Shown in pieces: positions 9,242 to 18,053 of a stretch of DNA of 64,000 nt. Numbering within the stretch: position 1 is the first letter of the stretch; every line of letters begins with the position of its first letter. Source of the stretch: an uncultured Candidatus Saccharibacteria bacterium (GTDB lineage: Bacteria; Patescibacteriota; Minisyncoccia; Phycocordibacterales; UBA2100); assembly GCA_964512835.1 (NCBI GenBank), contig CAZELA010000001.1, positions 105,372 to 169,371 of the forward strand. The letters are read 5' to 3'. The position numbers were made by a program, and so were the translations under genes. The notes beneath the pieces are model-generated. The model saw nothing but the letters and a program-made list of their open reading frames with translations. It did no database searches and was not told where the DNA came from.

Positions 9242-10102
9242 ATGAAGACACTCAGAGAGACAGTCTCGGAAGCCCGAGAAAAAGGCATAGCAATCGGTCA
9301 CTTTAATATTTCGGATTCAAATCAGATCAAAGCGATAGCTGATGCGGCGCACGAAACCGGCATGCCGGTCATCATCGGATTATCCGAAGGCGAGCGCGAT
9401 TACTTTCCGCTTGCGCACGCACGCGCGCTCGTGACCGAATATCAGAAGGCCGGACTCCCCTTGTATCTGAATGCTGATCACACCTACTCTATAGACAAAG
9501 TCCGTGCCGCAATCGATGCGGGTGTGGATTCGGTGGTCGTCGACGGGGCCAAACTCCCCTTCGACCAGAATGTGCAATTTGCCAAGGATTCAGTCGCCTA
9601 TGCCCGCGCAAGCGGACGCGACGTCATCATCGAAGGTGAACTGGGCTACATCGGTTCATCGAGCAAGGTATTGGATGCGTTGCCGGAAGGCGCACAGGTT
9701 ACCGAGGAGCTCATGACCAAGGTGGACGAGGCAAAGGCGTTTATGGAACAGACGGGCGCTGACATGCTCGCGCCGGCTGTCGGTAACGTGCATGGGATGG
9801 TCAAAGGCGGTGACCCGAAGCTCTCGATCAGTCGTATCGCGGAAATTTCCGCGGCGGTCGGGAAGCCGCTCGTTTTGCACGGCGGATCGGGGAACTCGAA
9901 TGAGGAATTCATCAACAGTGTAAAAAACGGTATTGCGATAATTCATATCAACACTGAGCTGCGTTTGGCATACCGCGAGGGTCTGGTGCAGTCGCTCGCA
10001 CATAATCCCGACGAAACAACGCCGTATAAGTTTGTTTCGCCGGCGGTTTCCCACATGAAAGACTTTCTGGTACAAAAGATCCGGCTGTTTGCAGGTCAAT
10101 AA
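9242..10102 (+). CDS. fba: fructose-bisphosphate aldolase, class II
   Basis: GIAIGHFN, LNADH, DSVVVDG, GELGYIG, HGGSG motifs of class II FBA/TBP aldolases. Confidence 0.9.
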   Translation: MKTLRETVSEAREKGIAIGHFNISDSNQIKAIADAAHETGMPVIIGLSEGERDYFPLAHARALVTEYQKAGLPLYLNADHTYSIDKVRAAIDAGVDSVVVDGAKLPFDQNVQFAKDSVAYARASGRDVIIEGELGYIGSSSKVLDALPEGAQVTEELMTKVDEAKAFMEQTGADMLAPAVGNVHGMVKGGDPKLSISRIAEISAAVGKPLVLHGGSGNSNEEFINSVKNGIAIIHINTELRLAYREGLVQSLAHNPDETTPYKFVSPAVSHMKDFLVQKIRLFAGQ

Positions 10103-10114
10103 CAGGAGGCGCAG

Positions 10115-10414
10115 ATGCGCTCGCAAGCCCCCTTTTTCTCCGCGCCGCATCATTCGGCCTGGTTTATCGTGACCGCGTTCATGTTCGTGCTCGCGGGATT
10201 CCGTCTCTGCGAGGGAGAAACAGACGTATCCGCTCTCTTTCTCGTTTTGCACGGCCTTATCCTGAACAACGCGCTTTCTGCATTGCAGTACGGCCGTATC
10301 GAACGCACCGAGATCTACACGATCGACTGTGTCTGGTACAACCTTGTTATGGTCGAGATGCACGCCCTTTCGATGCTTATGTTTGCACTCGCCAAACGCC
10401 CGGTCGGACTCTGA
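10115..10414 (+). CDS. small hypothetical membrane protein (99 aa)
   Basis: Two predicted TM helices; AGGAGG RBS 8 nt upstream. Confidence 0.5.
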   Translation: MRSQAPFFSAPHHSAWFIVTAFMFVLAGFRLCEGETDVSALFLVLHGLILNNALSALQYGRIERTEIYTIDCVWYNLVMVEMHALSMLMFALAKRPVGL

Positions 10415-10426
10415 CCGGGCGTTCTG

Positions 10427-10454
10427 TTGCAAAATCGGAATAAATCCGTATACT
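10427..10454 (+). promoter_or_regulatory. sigma70-type promoter TTGCAA-16-TATACT for rplY (10-nt leader, no SD)
   Basis: TTGCAAaatcggaataaatccgTATACTtcgcggcgatATG. Confidence 0.55.
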
Positions 10455-10464
10455 TCGCGGCGAT

Positions 10465-11097
10465 ATGATCATGACGTTGAACGTAGAGAAGCGCGACTCA
10501 AACGAGAGCGCAGCAGACATCCGATCGCGCGGTTTTGCGCCGGCTGTTTTTTATGGACCGAAAGAAGAGGCTACATCCGTTGTGATCAATGCCCGCAAGC
10601 TTGCTTCCGTATGGAAGGAGGCGGGCGAAACCACCATCATCAAGCTCGAAGGAGCCGGTGAAGGCATTGATACGCTCATCAAAGACGTACAAATCCACCC
10701 AGTAACGGGCGAAATCCTGCACGCGGACTTTTACGCCCTCGAAAAGGGTAAGAAGATCGAGATCTCCGTACCGCTCCACTTCGTGGGCGAGGCGCCGGCT
10801 GAAAAGCTCGGTCATGTGATCTCCAAGGCGCTGCACGAAGTCGAGATCGAGGTATCGGCCGCAGAACTCCCCCATGCTCTCGACGTCGACCTCTCGGTAC
10901 TTGCCGATATCGGTGCGCACATCACCGCAGGCGACATCAAGCTCCCGCCGAGCGCATCATTGAAAACCCCGGCAGACGAGATCGTTGCATCGGTCACGTC
11001 GCACGAGGACGAACCGGAGCCGACCACGACAGAAGGCGAAGTCCCGAATCCGATCGTCGAAGGCGAGGAGAAGAAGGAAGAGGCTCAGGCTGAGTAA
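10465..11097 (+). CDS. rplY: 50S ribosomal protein L25 / general stress protein Ctc form
   Basis: VFYGPKEEATSVVI...VQIHPVTGEILHADF with an acidic C-terminal tail, typical of Ctc-type L25. Confidence 0.85.
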   Translation: MIMTLNVEKRDSNESAADIRSRGFAPAVFYGPKEEATSVVINARKLASVWKEAGETTIIKLEGAGEGIDTLIKDVQIHPVTGEILHADFYALEKGKKIEISVPLHFVGEAPAEKLGHVISKALHEVEIEVSAAELPHALDVDLSVLADIGAHITAGDIKLPPSASLKTPADEIVASVTSHEDEPEPTTTEGEVPNPIVEGEEKKEEAQAE

Positions 11098-11112
11098 TCC
11101 AAATTACAGATC

Positions 11113-11141
11113 AAAAAAGGACCGCGGCGCGGTCCTTTTTT
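11113..11141 (+). terminator. rho-independent terminator
   Basis: AAAAAAGGACCGC-ggc-GCGGTCCTTTTTT. Confidence 0.7.
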
Positions 11142-11198
11142 CATTCACGGGGAAAGATGAACGGCAGCGGACCGTCTTGGTATAATCGAAAGACGGAT

Positions 11199-12551
11199 AT
11201 GCGACTACGGTTCGTAACGAAACAGAGTGTGTTCGCTGTGCTCGCTGCACTGATCGGGATTTTTATGGTATTCGGGCAGTCCGTATACGCCCTGTCGAAC
11301 GAAGAGCGCGCCGCACTCGAGCGTCAGCTCGCCGAAGTGGAGGCTCAGATCGAAAAGAATAAAAGCGACCTCACGGTCACGCAGCGCGAGCGCACGTCGC
11401 TCGAGCGCGATGTGGCCGTGCTTAACGCAAAGATCCAGGCGGCGCAGCTTGGTATCAAGCAGCGCGATCTTGCCATCAAAAAAATCAACGGCGATGTCGG
11501 TGATCTGAAGGCCGGCATCGGAAACCTTGATAGTAAGGTCGTTGCAGGTCAGCAGTCGCTTGCGCAGATTTTGCGTCGGACCCGCGAGATCGACGACATG
11601 ACGCTTGTCGAGCTTGCGCTCGGCCAGTCGCTCACGGACCTGTTCGAAGATATCGACGACTTCGAACGAATCCAGATGGAGCTGGATTCGTCGTTCAAAG
11701 AAATTGCCGTAACACGATCGGATCTCGCCGCCCGTAAATCCGCACTGGAAGACAAGAAGCGCGAAGAGGCCGATATGCTGCAGCTGCAACAGCTCCAAAA
11801 GAAGGATCTACAGTCGACCGAATCCGAAAAGAAAACGCTCGTAAGCGCCGCCAAGGGCAAGGAGTCGACCTACCAAAAAATCATCGCTGAACAGGTGCGT
11901 ACCGCGACACAGATCAAGAACGCGCTGTTCGGTCTGCGCGACGGCGGGGCAATCCCCTTCGGTACGGCATATCAGTATGCAAAAGAAGCCGAGGCAAAGA
12001 CGGGCGTAAATGCCGCGCTTACGCTCGGCGTGTTGCGTCAGGAGACAAATTTGGGCGAGAACGTAGGGAAGTGTCTCGTAACAAATACGCCCAACAAGGG
12101 GGACGGCATCGGCAAAAATTCCGGCACACTCATTCGCGGGGTGATGAAGCCCGACCGCGACGTTGATCCGTTCATGGCTATAACCGCAGAACTTGGTATC
12201 GATCCTGCCTCACAAGTCGTGTCATGTCCGCAGTCGGTCGGATACGGCGGGGCAATGGGACCCGCGCAGTTCATTCCGTCGACCTGGGTTTTGTATAAGG
12301 CGAGGCTTGCAGCGGCGACGGGCGATAACCCGCCAAACCCGTGGCAGGCGCGCACTGCAATTTTTGCGACCGCGATGCTCATGGCGGATAACGGCGCGGA
12401 TCAGGGAACGCGCGAATCGGAACGCAGAGCAGCGCTCCGATACTTTGCAGGCGGGAACTGGAGCAAGCCGTCGTACGCCTTCTACGGCGACGGGGTCATG
12501 AAATACCGCGACCAGTATCAGGCGGACATCAACGTGCTCCTCGGTAAATAG
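11199..12551 (+). CDS. secreted coiled-coil protein with a C-terminal lytic-transglycosylase-like (MltB/Slt) domain
   Basis: Signal peptide from MRLRF; long coiled coil; the C-terminal GAMGPAQFIPSTW resembles the MltB GAMG.QFMPST motif; an alternative upstream start is 11157. Confidence 0.5.
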   Translation: MRLRFVTKQSVFAVLAALIGIFMVFGQSVYALSNEERAALERQLAEVEAQIEKNKSDLTVTQRERTSLERDVAVLNAKIQAAQLGIKQRDLAIKKINGDVGDLKAGIGNLDSKVVAGQQSLAQILRRTREIDDMTLVELALGQSLTDLFEDIDDFERIQMELDSSFKEIAVTRSDLAARKSALEDKKREEADMLQLQQLQKKDLQSTESEKKTLVSAAKGKESTYQKIIAEQVRTATQIKNALFGLRDGGAIPFGTAYQYAKEAEAKTGVNAALTLGVLRQETNLGENVGKCLVTNTPNKGDGIGKNSGTLIRGVMKPDRDVDPFMAITAELGIDPASQVVSCPQSVGYGGAMGPAQFIPSTWVLYKARLAAATGDNPPNPWQARTAIFATAMLMADNGADQGTRESERRAALRYFAGGNWSKPSYAFYGDGVMKYRDQYQADINVLLGK

Positions 12552-12573
12552 CGCATAAAAAATGTAAAAAAAG

Positions 12574-12603
12574 AAGGGGAGCCGCGGTGATGCGACTCCC
12601 CTT
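12574..12603. terminator. hairpin between convergent genes (stronger on the minus strand)
   Basis: AAGGGGAG-14 nt-CTCCCCTT; the minus-strand reading is followed by CTTTTTTTACATTTTTT. Confidence 0.45.
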
Positions 12604-12627
12604 GTGACTTCCCTGTTTTCCAGGTGT

Positions 12628-13062
12628 TCAGATCTTGCCGTCGTCCTTCTCCCCTTGTTTCTTTTCGAGCTCCTCGTCCTCGGCATCCGCCATTTCGCGG
12701 AGTTTGATTGAGGCCGCGTCCATGCAGCCGTCGAGCGCCCTCCGGTAGAGGAAGTTCGTAAAGAACGACGGTGCCTCGAGCTCATATGAGTAGCTCACTG
12801 CCACGACGCCACCGATATCGGTGATGGCGCTCGTCATATGGCAGCGAATACTCGGCGCATACGTGAGCGACGACACGAGCTCGACCTTTTCGAGCGACTG
12901 CGACCGTGCGTTCTTGGTCTCGTGGACTTCGTCGACCTGCCACAGATCGCCGCGGAACGGCATCGACGCAATGTCGATGAAGTCGAGCCAGAACCACAGT
13001 CCGAATATGACGCTCACGACACTGAGTGCTGCGATCTTCGTCACGCGAATGAGCCTATCCAT
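12628..13062 (-). CDS. hypothetical membrane-anchored protein
   Basis: N-terminal TM; acidic C-terminus; no plausible overlapping gene. Confidence 0.45.
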   Translation of the reverse strand: MDRLIRVTKIAALSVVSVIFGLWFWLDFIDIASMPFRGDLWQVDEVHETKNARSQSLEKVELVSSLTYAPSIRCHMTSAITDIGGVVAVSYSYELEAPSFFTNFLYRRALDGCMDAASIKLREMADAEDEELEKKQGEKDDGKI

Positions 13063-13190
13063 CGGAACCCCCGGGTTGCTATCTGATGTCTATCAATCTG
13101 TGCGGATACTGCGTATAAATCGGTCCCGGGTCAAGGCGTTGCATGGCCAGGATTTGCCCTGAAAGCGTCGCTATGTTACAGTGCCGCGAC

Positions 13191-13442
13191 ATGAAAAAGG
13201 ATCTGCACCCGGAAGAATATCGCATGGTCATCTTCGAGGACGTAACCTCGGGGAAGCGTTTTTTGATCGGATCCACAATCGAGACCTCCAAAACCGACAA
13301 GTGGGAAGACGGTAAGGAATACCCGGTCTTCCAGGTAGAAATCTCATCCGCTTCGCACCCGTTCTACACCGGCCAGTCCAAGACGATCGACACCGCAGGA
13401 CGCGTCGAGAAGTTCAAGCAGCGACTCGCTAAGAAGAAATAA
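13191..13442 (+). CDS. rpmE: 50S ribosomal protein L31 (type B, no Cys)
   Basis: [13 protein letters not shown]...[16 protein letters not shown]; start trimmed from the track ORF. Confidence 0.85.
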   Translation: MKKDLHPEEYRMVIFEDVTSGKRFLIGSTIETSKTDKWEDGKEYPVFQVEISSASHPFYTGQSKTIDTAGRVEKFKQRLAKKK

Positions 13443-13455
13443 CGACCCTATATGA

Positions 13456-13492
13456 GCAGAGGCCCGCTTCGCGGGCCTCTGCTGTATGTTTT
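13456..13492 (+). terminator. rho-independent terminator
   Basis: GCAGAGGCCCGC-ttc-GCGGGCCTCTGC followed by TGTATGTTTT. Confidence 0.7.
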
Positions 13493-13507
13493 ACTTACTA
13501 CAACGCT

Positions 13508-14494
13508 ATGGCAGACAAACCTTTTGACCCGAAAGAATACGCGGATGACCCGCGTGTTTCGTACATGGTGGTGGAATGGAACCGTCTCACGCAGGCCGAA
13601 AAGGACGCCGAGGAGCTGGTCGAAGTCGATCCCTCGATGAAGGAGCTTGCCGAAAAGGAAATCCAAGAGATCGAGTCTCAGAAAGAGGCACTGATGAAGC
13701 AGATGAGCGATATTGTGGCATCGGATAACGAACGCGAATGGCCGAATGAAATCGTGCTGGAAGTCCGTTCCGGCGTCGGCGGAGACGAGGCGGCGCTCTT
13801 TGCGGAAGAGCTTGCGCGCGCATACCTGCGCTATGCAGAATCCAAGGGATGGAAGCACCGCATGCTCGACGAATCGCGCAGTGCGGGCGGCGGCTACAAG
13901 GAAGCCCAGTTCGAGATCAAAGGTCTCGATGTGTTCAAGGAATTGCAGTGGGAGACAGGCGTGCATCGCGTGCAGCGTGTACCGACCACAGAAAAGGCAG
14001 GGCGCATCCACACGTCCACCGCGTCGGTTGCGATCATGCCGATTTACAAGCGCACGAAGATTGTCATTAACCCGTCGGATCTTGAACGCGAGACATCGCG
14101 CTCGGGCGGTGCGGGCGGTCAGAACGTAAACAAAGTAGAAACCGCGGTGCGACTCATTCACAAGCCGACCGGACTCGACGTGCGCTGCACATCTGAGCGC
14201 TCTCAGAATGCGAACTATGAAAAAGCGCTCCAGCTCCTCACAAGCCGATTGCAGCTGTTGCAGGACGAACAAGAGGCTCGAGAACGAGCGGCTGACCGCA
14301 AGGCGCAGGTAGGCACCGGCGACCGCTCGGAAAAGATCCGTACCTACAACTTCCCGCAGGATCGTGTGACCGACCACCGCATCAAGCAGAACTGGTCGAA
14401 TTTGGAGGCAATCATGGAAGGCCGGCTGGGCCCGATCCTTGAGGCATTGGCCGCGGCAGACGGGGGAGACGGGACGGTTGCAGACGAGGATTAG
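13508..14494 (+). CDS. prfA: peptide chain release factor 1
   Basis: RVPTTE (PxT-type tripeptide), a GGQ motif in [20 protein letters not shown], and [14 protein letters not shown]. Confidence 0.85.
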   Translation: MADKPFDPKEYADDPRVSYMVVEWNRLTQAEKDAEELVEVDPSMKELAEKEIQEIESQKEALMKQMSDIVASDNEREWPNEIVLEVRSGVGGDEAALFAEELARAYLRYAESKGWKHRMLDESRSAGGGYKEAQFEIKGLDVFKELQWETGVHRVQRVPTTEKAGRIHTSTASVAIMPIYKRTKIVINPSDLERETSRSGGAGGQNVNKVETAVRLIHKPTGLDVRCTSERSQNANYEKALQLLTSRLQLLQDEQEARERAADRKAQVGTGDRSEKIRTYNFPQDRVTDHRIKQNWSNLEAIMEGRLGPILEALAAADGGDGTVADED

Positions 14495-14544
14495 GTGTAG
14501 TAGTATCCATCCACGCCGCAGACGCGGCATTTCATTTGTAATCT

Positions 14545-15246
14545 ATGTCAGCAAGCGATATCAAGACACTCTTTGAAGCCGGAGCACACTTCGGTTTCCC
14601 TCGCGCACGCCGACACCCGACAGCAGCACCGTACATTTTCTCTACTAAAGACCGAACCGATATCTTTGACCTCGAATTGACCGAGCAGCGCCTCGAGACC
14701 GCGAAGGCATTCGTAGCCTCGCTCGCAGGCACCGGCCGCCAGATCCTCTTTGTCGGCGGCAAGAACGAAGCAATTTCCGTTGTGCGATCGCTCGCAGAGC
14801 AGGTCGGCATGCCGTTTGTGGCAGGTCGCTGGATCGGTGGCACGCTCACGAACTTCAAGAACATCCGCAAGCGATTGGAGCGCCTTGAGCGCCTCACCAA
14901 GGAGCGAGAGAGCGGCGAGCTCGAAAAGTACACCAAGCGCGAGCGCCTCATGATCGATCGCGAGATCGATGAGTTGACCGCACGATTCGGCGGACTCATT
15001 TCCATGAGCGACCTCCCGGGTGCACTCTTTGTTGTCGACTCCCGACACGAAGACACTGCAGTGAAGGAGGCAAACCAGCTCGGTATTCCGGTTGTCGGTC
15101 TTGCATCATCTGACTGCGACTTCTCGCTCGTGCAGTATCCGATCCCGGCCAACGACACATCGGTCCGTTCCATTCGTCTCTTTGCGGAAGAAGTCGCTGC
15201 TGCGGTATCCGAAGGCAAGCGCGCTCCGGCGAAGACAACAGCGTAA
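14545..15246 (+). CDS. rpsB: 30S ribosomal protein S2
   Basis: LFEAGAHFGF..., WIGGTLTNFK, PGALFVVD motifs. Confidence 0.9.
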   Translation: MSASDIKTLFEAGAHFGFPRARRHPTAAPYIFSTKDRTDIFDLELTEQRLETAKAFVASLAGTGRQILFVGGKNEAISVVRSLAEQVGMPFVAGRWIGGTLTNFKNIRKRLERLERLTKERESGELEKYTKRERLMIDREIDELTARFGGLISMSDLPGALFVVDSRHEDTAVKEANQLGIPVVGLASSDCDFSLVQYPIPANDTSVRSIRLFAEEVAAAVSEGKRAPAKTTA

Positions 15247-15328
15247 GTGGCGGTACAGCCGCGTAGGGGAAGCGGCGTGTGGCCGCTTTTTTCTTAGAAA
15301 TAGTTAATAACGTATAATACGAATCCAT

Positions 15329-15916
15329 ATGGCAGAGATCACAACAGAACTTATCAAGGCACTCCGTGACGAGACCGGCATCTCGGTGATGCAGGTGAAA
15401 AAGGCGCTCGAAGAAGCGGGGGGCGACGTGGAGAAGGCGAAGGTCATCCTCCGCAAGACATCGGCTGCTATCGCCGCAAAGAAAGGCGACCGTGAGCTTG
15501 GTGCGGGTGTTGCATCGGCATACGTGCATGCAGGCGGTCAGGTAGTGGGCGCTGTTGTGCTTTCGTGCGAAACCGACTTCGTTTCGAAGAACGAGGAATT
15601 CGTAAAGCTCGCATACGACATCGCCATGCACGTGGCCGCGATGAAGCCGATTTACAAGTCCAAGGACGACGTGACCGAGGATTCGATCAAGGCAGCACGC
15701 GAAGTATTTGCATCCGAAGCGGCAAACGTGCCGGAGGCAAAGCGCGACATCGCGATCCAGGGCAAGCTCGATGCATACATCGCAGAGCGCGCGCTCATGG
15801 AGCAGCCGTTCGTAAAGAATGGTGATGTAACCATCCGCGAGCTCATCGATCAGGCAGTACAGAAGTTCGGCGAAAAGGTAGAAGTGACCCGATTCGCACG
15901 CTTCTCGGTCAAATAA
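15329..15916 (+). CDS. tsf: elongation factor Ts (short form)
   Basis: ITTELIKALRDETGISVMQVKKALEEAGGD UBA-like N-terminus; the ATG lies 10 nt after a TATAAT. Confidence 0.9.
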   Translation: MAEITTELIKALRDETGISVMQVKKALEEAGGDVEKAKVILRKTSAAIAAKKGDRELGAGVASAYVHAGGQVVGAVVLSCETDFVSKNEEFVKLAYDIAMHVAAMKPIYKSKDDVTEDSIKAAREVFASEAANVPEAKRDIAIQGKLDAYIAERALMEQPFVKNGDVTIRELIDQAVQKFGEKVEVTRFARFSVK

Positions 15917-15920
15917 CGAT

Positions 15921-16319
15921 ATGGTGCTCGCGACCGCAGCGTTCTTCGTGTCGCTTGTGCTCATCATCGGGCTCTTCGTGCTGCGCATGGTAGAAGAGCG
16001 ACGCGGCGCACGCTTCGGCGCACGCCCGCGACACCTGGCCGACAACGCGGCACTTAATCTGAAAGACGCGCTCGTGCACGGCCGCACGCAGTTGGAAAAG
16101 CTTCCGCCGGAAGTTGCCCATATGTCGATGCGCACCGCACACAAAGGCGCGCTCGGCGCAGCATCGCTTGCGCGATCGCTCGAGGCACAGGCGCACCGCT
16201 TTGCGGACTTTGTGTCATCGAAGGGGAGCTTTCAGCGCCGTGAACCGAAGAGTGAATTCCTGAATCAGGTGCAGAATTTCAAACAAACAAATACGGGAGG
16301 CGAGTCTGCGGACGAGTAG
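15921..16319 (+). CDS. hypothetical membrane protein (N-terminal TM helix)
   Basis: Starts 5 nt after the tsf stop; basic/Ala-rich; unknown function. Confidence 0.45.
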   Translation: MVLATAAFFVSLVLIIGLFVLRMVEERRGARFGARPRHLADNAALNLKDALVHGRTQLEKLPPEVAHMSMRTAHKGALGAASLARSLEAQAHRFADFVSSKGSFQRREPKSEFLNQVQNFKQTNTGGESADE

Positions 16320-16336
16320 CTACGTATTTGTTATAA

Positions 16337-16412
16337 GCCGCTTTAGCTCAGTTGGTAGAGCAACGCTTTTGTAAAGCGAAGGTCCCCGGTTCGAGTCCGG
16401 GAAGCGGCTCCA
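16337..16412 (+). tRNA. tRNA-Thr (anticodon TGT), CCA encoded
   Basis: Cloverleaf folded by hand: 7-bp acceptor GCCGCTT/AAGCGGC; D-arm GCTC..GAGC; anticodon loop TTTGTAA with U33, TGT at 34-36 and A37; T-arm CCCGG/CCGGG with a TTCGAGT loop; discriminator T; CCA. Confidence 0.75.
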
Positions 16413-16421
16413 AATAAAAAC

Positions 16422-16448
16422 CCGGCCAGTGGCCGGTGTTTTTATTTT
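16422..16448 (+). terminator. rho-independent terminator after the tRNA
   Basis: CCGGCCA-gt-GGCCGG followed by TGTTTTTATTTT. Confidence 0.7.
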
Positions 16449-16642
16449 GAGCACGCTTCAGGACAGTGCCTGCGCACTGTCCGTCCGGACTCGAAAGGCG
16501 GAGCCATGTCGCTCTGCGACGGGCGAGCCAGGGCAGGAGCCACTTAGTATTTTCGGCCCGTTAAGAGGCGAAAATACTTAGTGAGCTGCGCCGAGTCCTG
16601 AAGAGGCCGGGGAAACTGTAGTTTCCCCGCTATACTTCCACC
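16449..16642 (+). other. structured non-coding element (nested hairpins) between tRNA-Thr and the GNAT gene
   Basis: 9-bp long-range helix CTTCAGGAC/GTCCTGAAG encloses hairpins GGACAGTGC..GCACTGTCC, GTCGC..GCGAC, the 15-bp CACTTAGTATTTTCG..CGAAAATACTTAGTG stem, and GGGGAAAC..GTTTCCCC. Confidence 0.35.
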
Positions 16643-17179
16643 ATGTCCATCAAGATCGAGAACACCCGCCCCGAGCAAGTCGAAGAAGTGCAGGAGGTGT
16701 TTTACCGTACATGGCTCACTACGTATCCGAATGCCGAGGCGGGCATCACGGTCGAAGACATCCAAGACCGTTGGAAAGATCGCAATGCACCGGAGCGGCT
16801 TGCAAGACGGCGTGCGGAGATTGAGAAGAACGACCCCAATCAAAAATTCATCGTAGCGACCGACGACGACAAAGTCGTTGGCGTTTGTGTGGCAACCAAG
16901 AATGATGACGTTGGTCGCTTGAACGCGATCTATGTGTTGCCTGAATATCAGGGGCAGGGAATCGGCAGACTACTATGGAACGAGGTGAAGCGATTCTTTG
17001 ACCCCAACAAAGACATCGTTGTTGGCGTTGCCACCTACAACACTGACGCTATCGGTTTCTATACAAAGCTTGGATTCGTGGACTCCGGCCACCGCTATAC
17101 CGATGACCGGTTCAAAATGAAAAGCGGCACGGCCATTCCCGAAATGGACATGGTGCTTGTTGCTGGTGACACAGTCTAA
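16643..17179 (+). CDS. GNAT-family N-acetyltransferase
   Basis: Motif A IYVLPEYQGQGIGRLLW; the ATG lies 7 nt after a TATACT (leaderless). Confidence 0.85.
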   Translation: MSIKIENTRPEQVEEVQEVFYRTWLTTYPNAEAGITVEDIQDRWKDRNAPERLARRRAEIEKNDPNQKFIVATDDDKVVGVCVATKNDDVGRLNAIYVLPEYQGQGIGRLLWNEVKRFFDPNKDIVVGVATYNTDAIGFYTKLGFVDSGHRYTDDRFKMKSGTAIPEMDMVLVAGDTV

Positions 17180-17221
17180 TCCCTATGTTACTTTGCACTC
17201 CGCTCAACAAAGGAGGCAGAC

Positions 17222-17992
17222 GTGCCAGGCAGGAACATTCTCCATAACGAACCACCGTCGAAATCAGTAGCCGCGTACCTGAACAACGGCTCCCGAGCTT
17301 TCGTGGAGACGCGATGCGGCAAGGTGTTCTCGTACGACAACACCCGGCCCAAGGGCCAGCGGTTCAAGGAGGAGGCGCTTGGATTCCATCCGGGCTTCTT
17401 CATGCAGCCGGCGCTGAGCCGGCAGCTCGGCAACCCGGTCCTCACGGTGGACCCGGGTGAGTATCCGTTCACGGACTTCGAGAACCTCATGGAACTCAAG
17501 AGTCGAACGTACGAAGCGCTCACATTCTTCCTGCATTCGCTCAACATCGAGTTCGAGCCGGCAGATCGCGAGATGTATGCCCGCAAGGCGACGCATTTGC
17601 TGAAGGAGGACGCCGTTCGTGCGGAAGTCGAGCCAGTGCTCATCCGCAATCCGATGCCGCCGAACTTCGACACCACGTATGGTCCCAAGGAGGATCACGC
17701 GGGTCGCATTTTGCAGGCGATGATCGAGACCTGGCGTCCGGCCGATCCGAACGAACCGCGCGAATACGCAGTCTCGTTCCGTCGCGGCAAAAAGATCCAC
17801 GATCTTGCGCCGGGCGACGGCGCGTTGCTCGTCGATTATTTGCGAGCCCAGGGCATCGAGATCGTCGAGATCATGCAAACGCAGGAGATGGTGATCGTGA
17901 AGCTCACGGTCCAAGGCGCGAGCGATCTGTATGACGCGATTCACGCCACGTGCCACGTGGTCCTGCGCACGACCGGCACGGTCAAGGTCTGA
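17222..17992 (+). CDS. hypothetical protein (very high GC3 codon usage)
   Basis: GTG start with an AAAGGAGG RBS; composition is protein-like while the antisense ORF is Arg-rich; the stop is embedded in CTGATCTTTCAACTG. Confidence 0.6.
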   Translation: MPGRNILHNEPPSKSVAAYLNNGSRAFVETRCGKVFSYDNTRPKGQRFKEEALGFHPGFFMQPALSRQLGNPVLTVDPGEYPFTDFENLMELKSRTYEALTFFLHSLNIEFEPADREMYARKATHLLKEDAVRAEVEPVLIRNPMPPNFDTTYGPKEDHAGRILQAMIETWRPADPNEPREYAVSFRRGKKIHDLAPGDGALLVDYLRAQGIEIVEIMQTQEMVIVKLTVQGASDLYDAIHATCHVVLRTTGTVKV

Positions 17993-18007
17993 TCTTTCAA
18001 CTGTTTC

Positions 18008-18039
18008 AAAAGCCGGGTTCGCACCCGGCTTTTTGTTGT
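18008..18039 (+). terminator. rho-independent terminator
   Basis: AGCCGGGT-tcgc-ACCCGGCT followed by TTTTGTTGT. Confidence 0.7.
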
Positions 18040-18053
18040 ATACGGGTGTTACG

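Noticed and set aside
9656-10432. 258-aa minus-strand ORF
   Set aside because: Antisense to fba and the small membrane gene; His/Arg-rich junk composition.
13448-14530. 360-aa minus-strand ORF
   Set aside because: Exactly antisense to prfA; Arg/Leu-rich composition typical of antisense to a GC-rich gene; no RBS.
14996-16144. 382-aa minus-strand ORF
   Set aside because: Antisense to rpsB/tsf, which are unambiguous.
16337-16412. Alternative identity tRNA-Lys (TTT) for the tRNA
   Set aside because: With a 5-bp anticodon stem and a 7-nt loop, positions 34-36 are TGT (Thr); a TTT reading would misplace U33 and A37.
17990-18040. Selenocysteine recoding (UGA followed by a hairpin, SECIS-like) at the TGATCTTTC stops
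   Set aside because: Read-through frames give nonsense sequence; the same motif follows a TAA stop at 42299; the hairpins are ordinary U-tract terminators.
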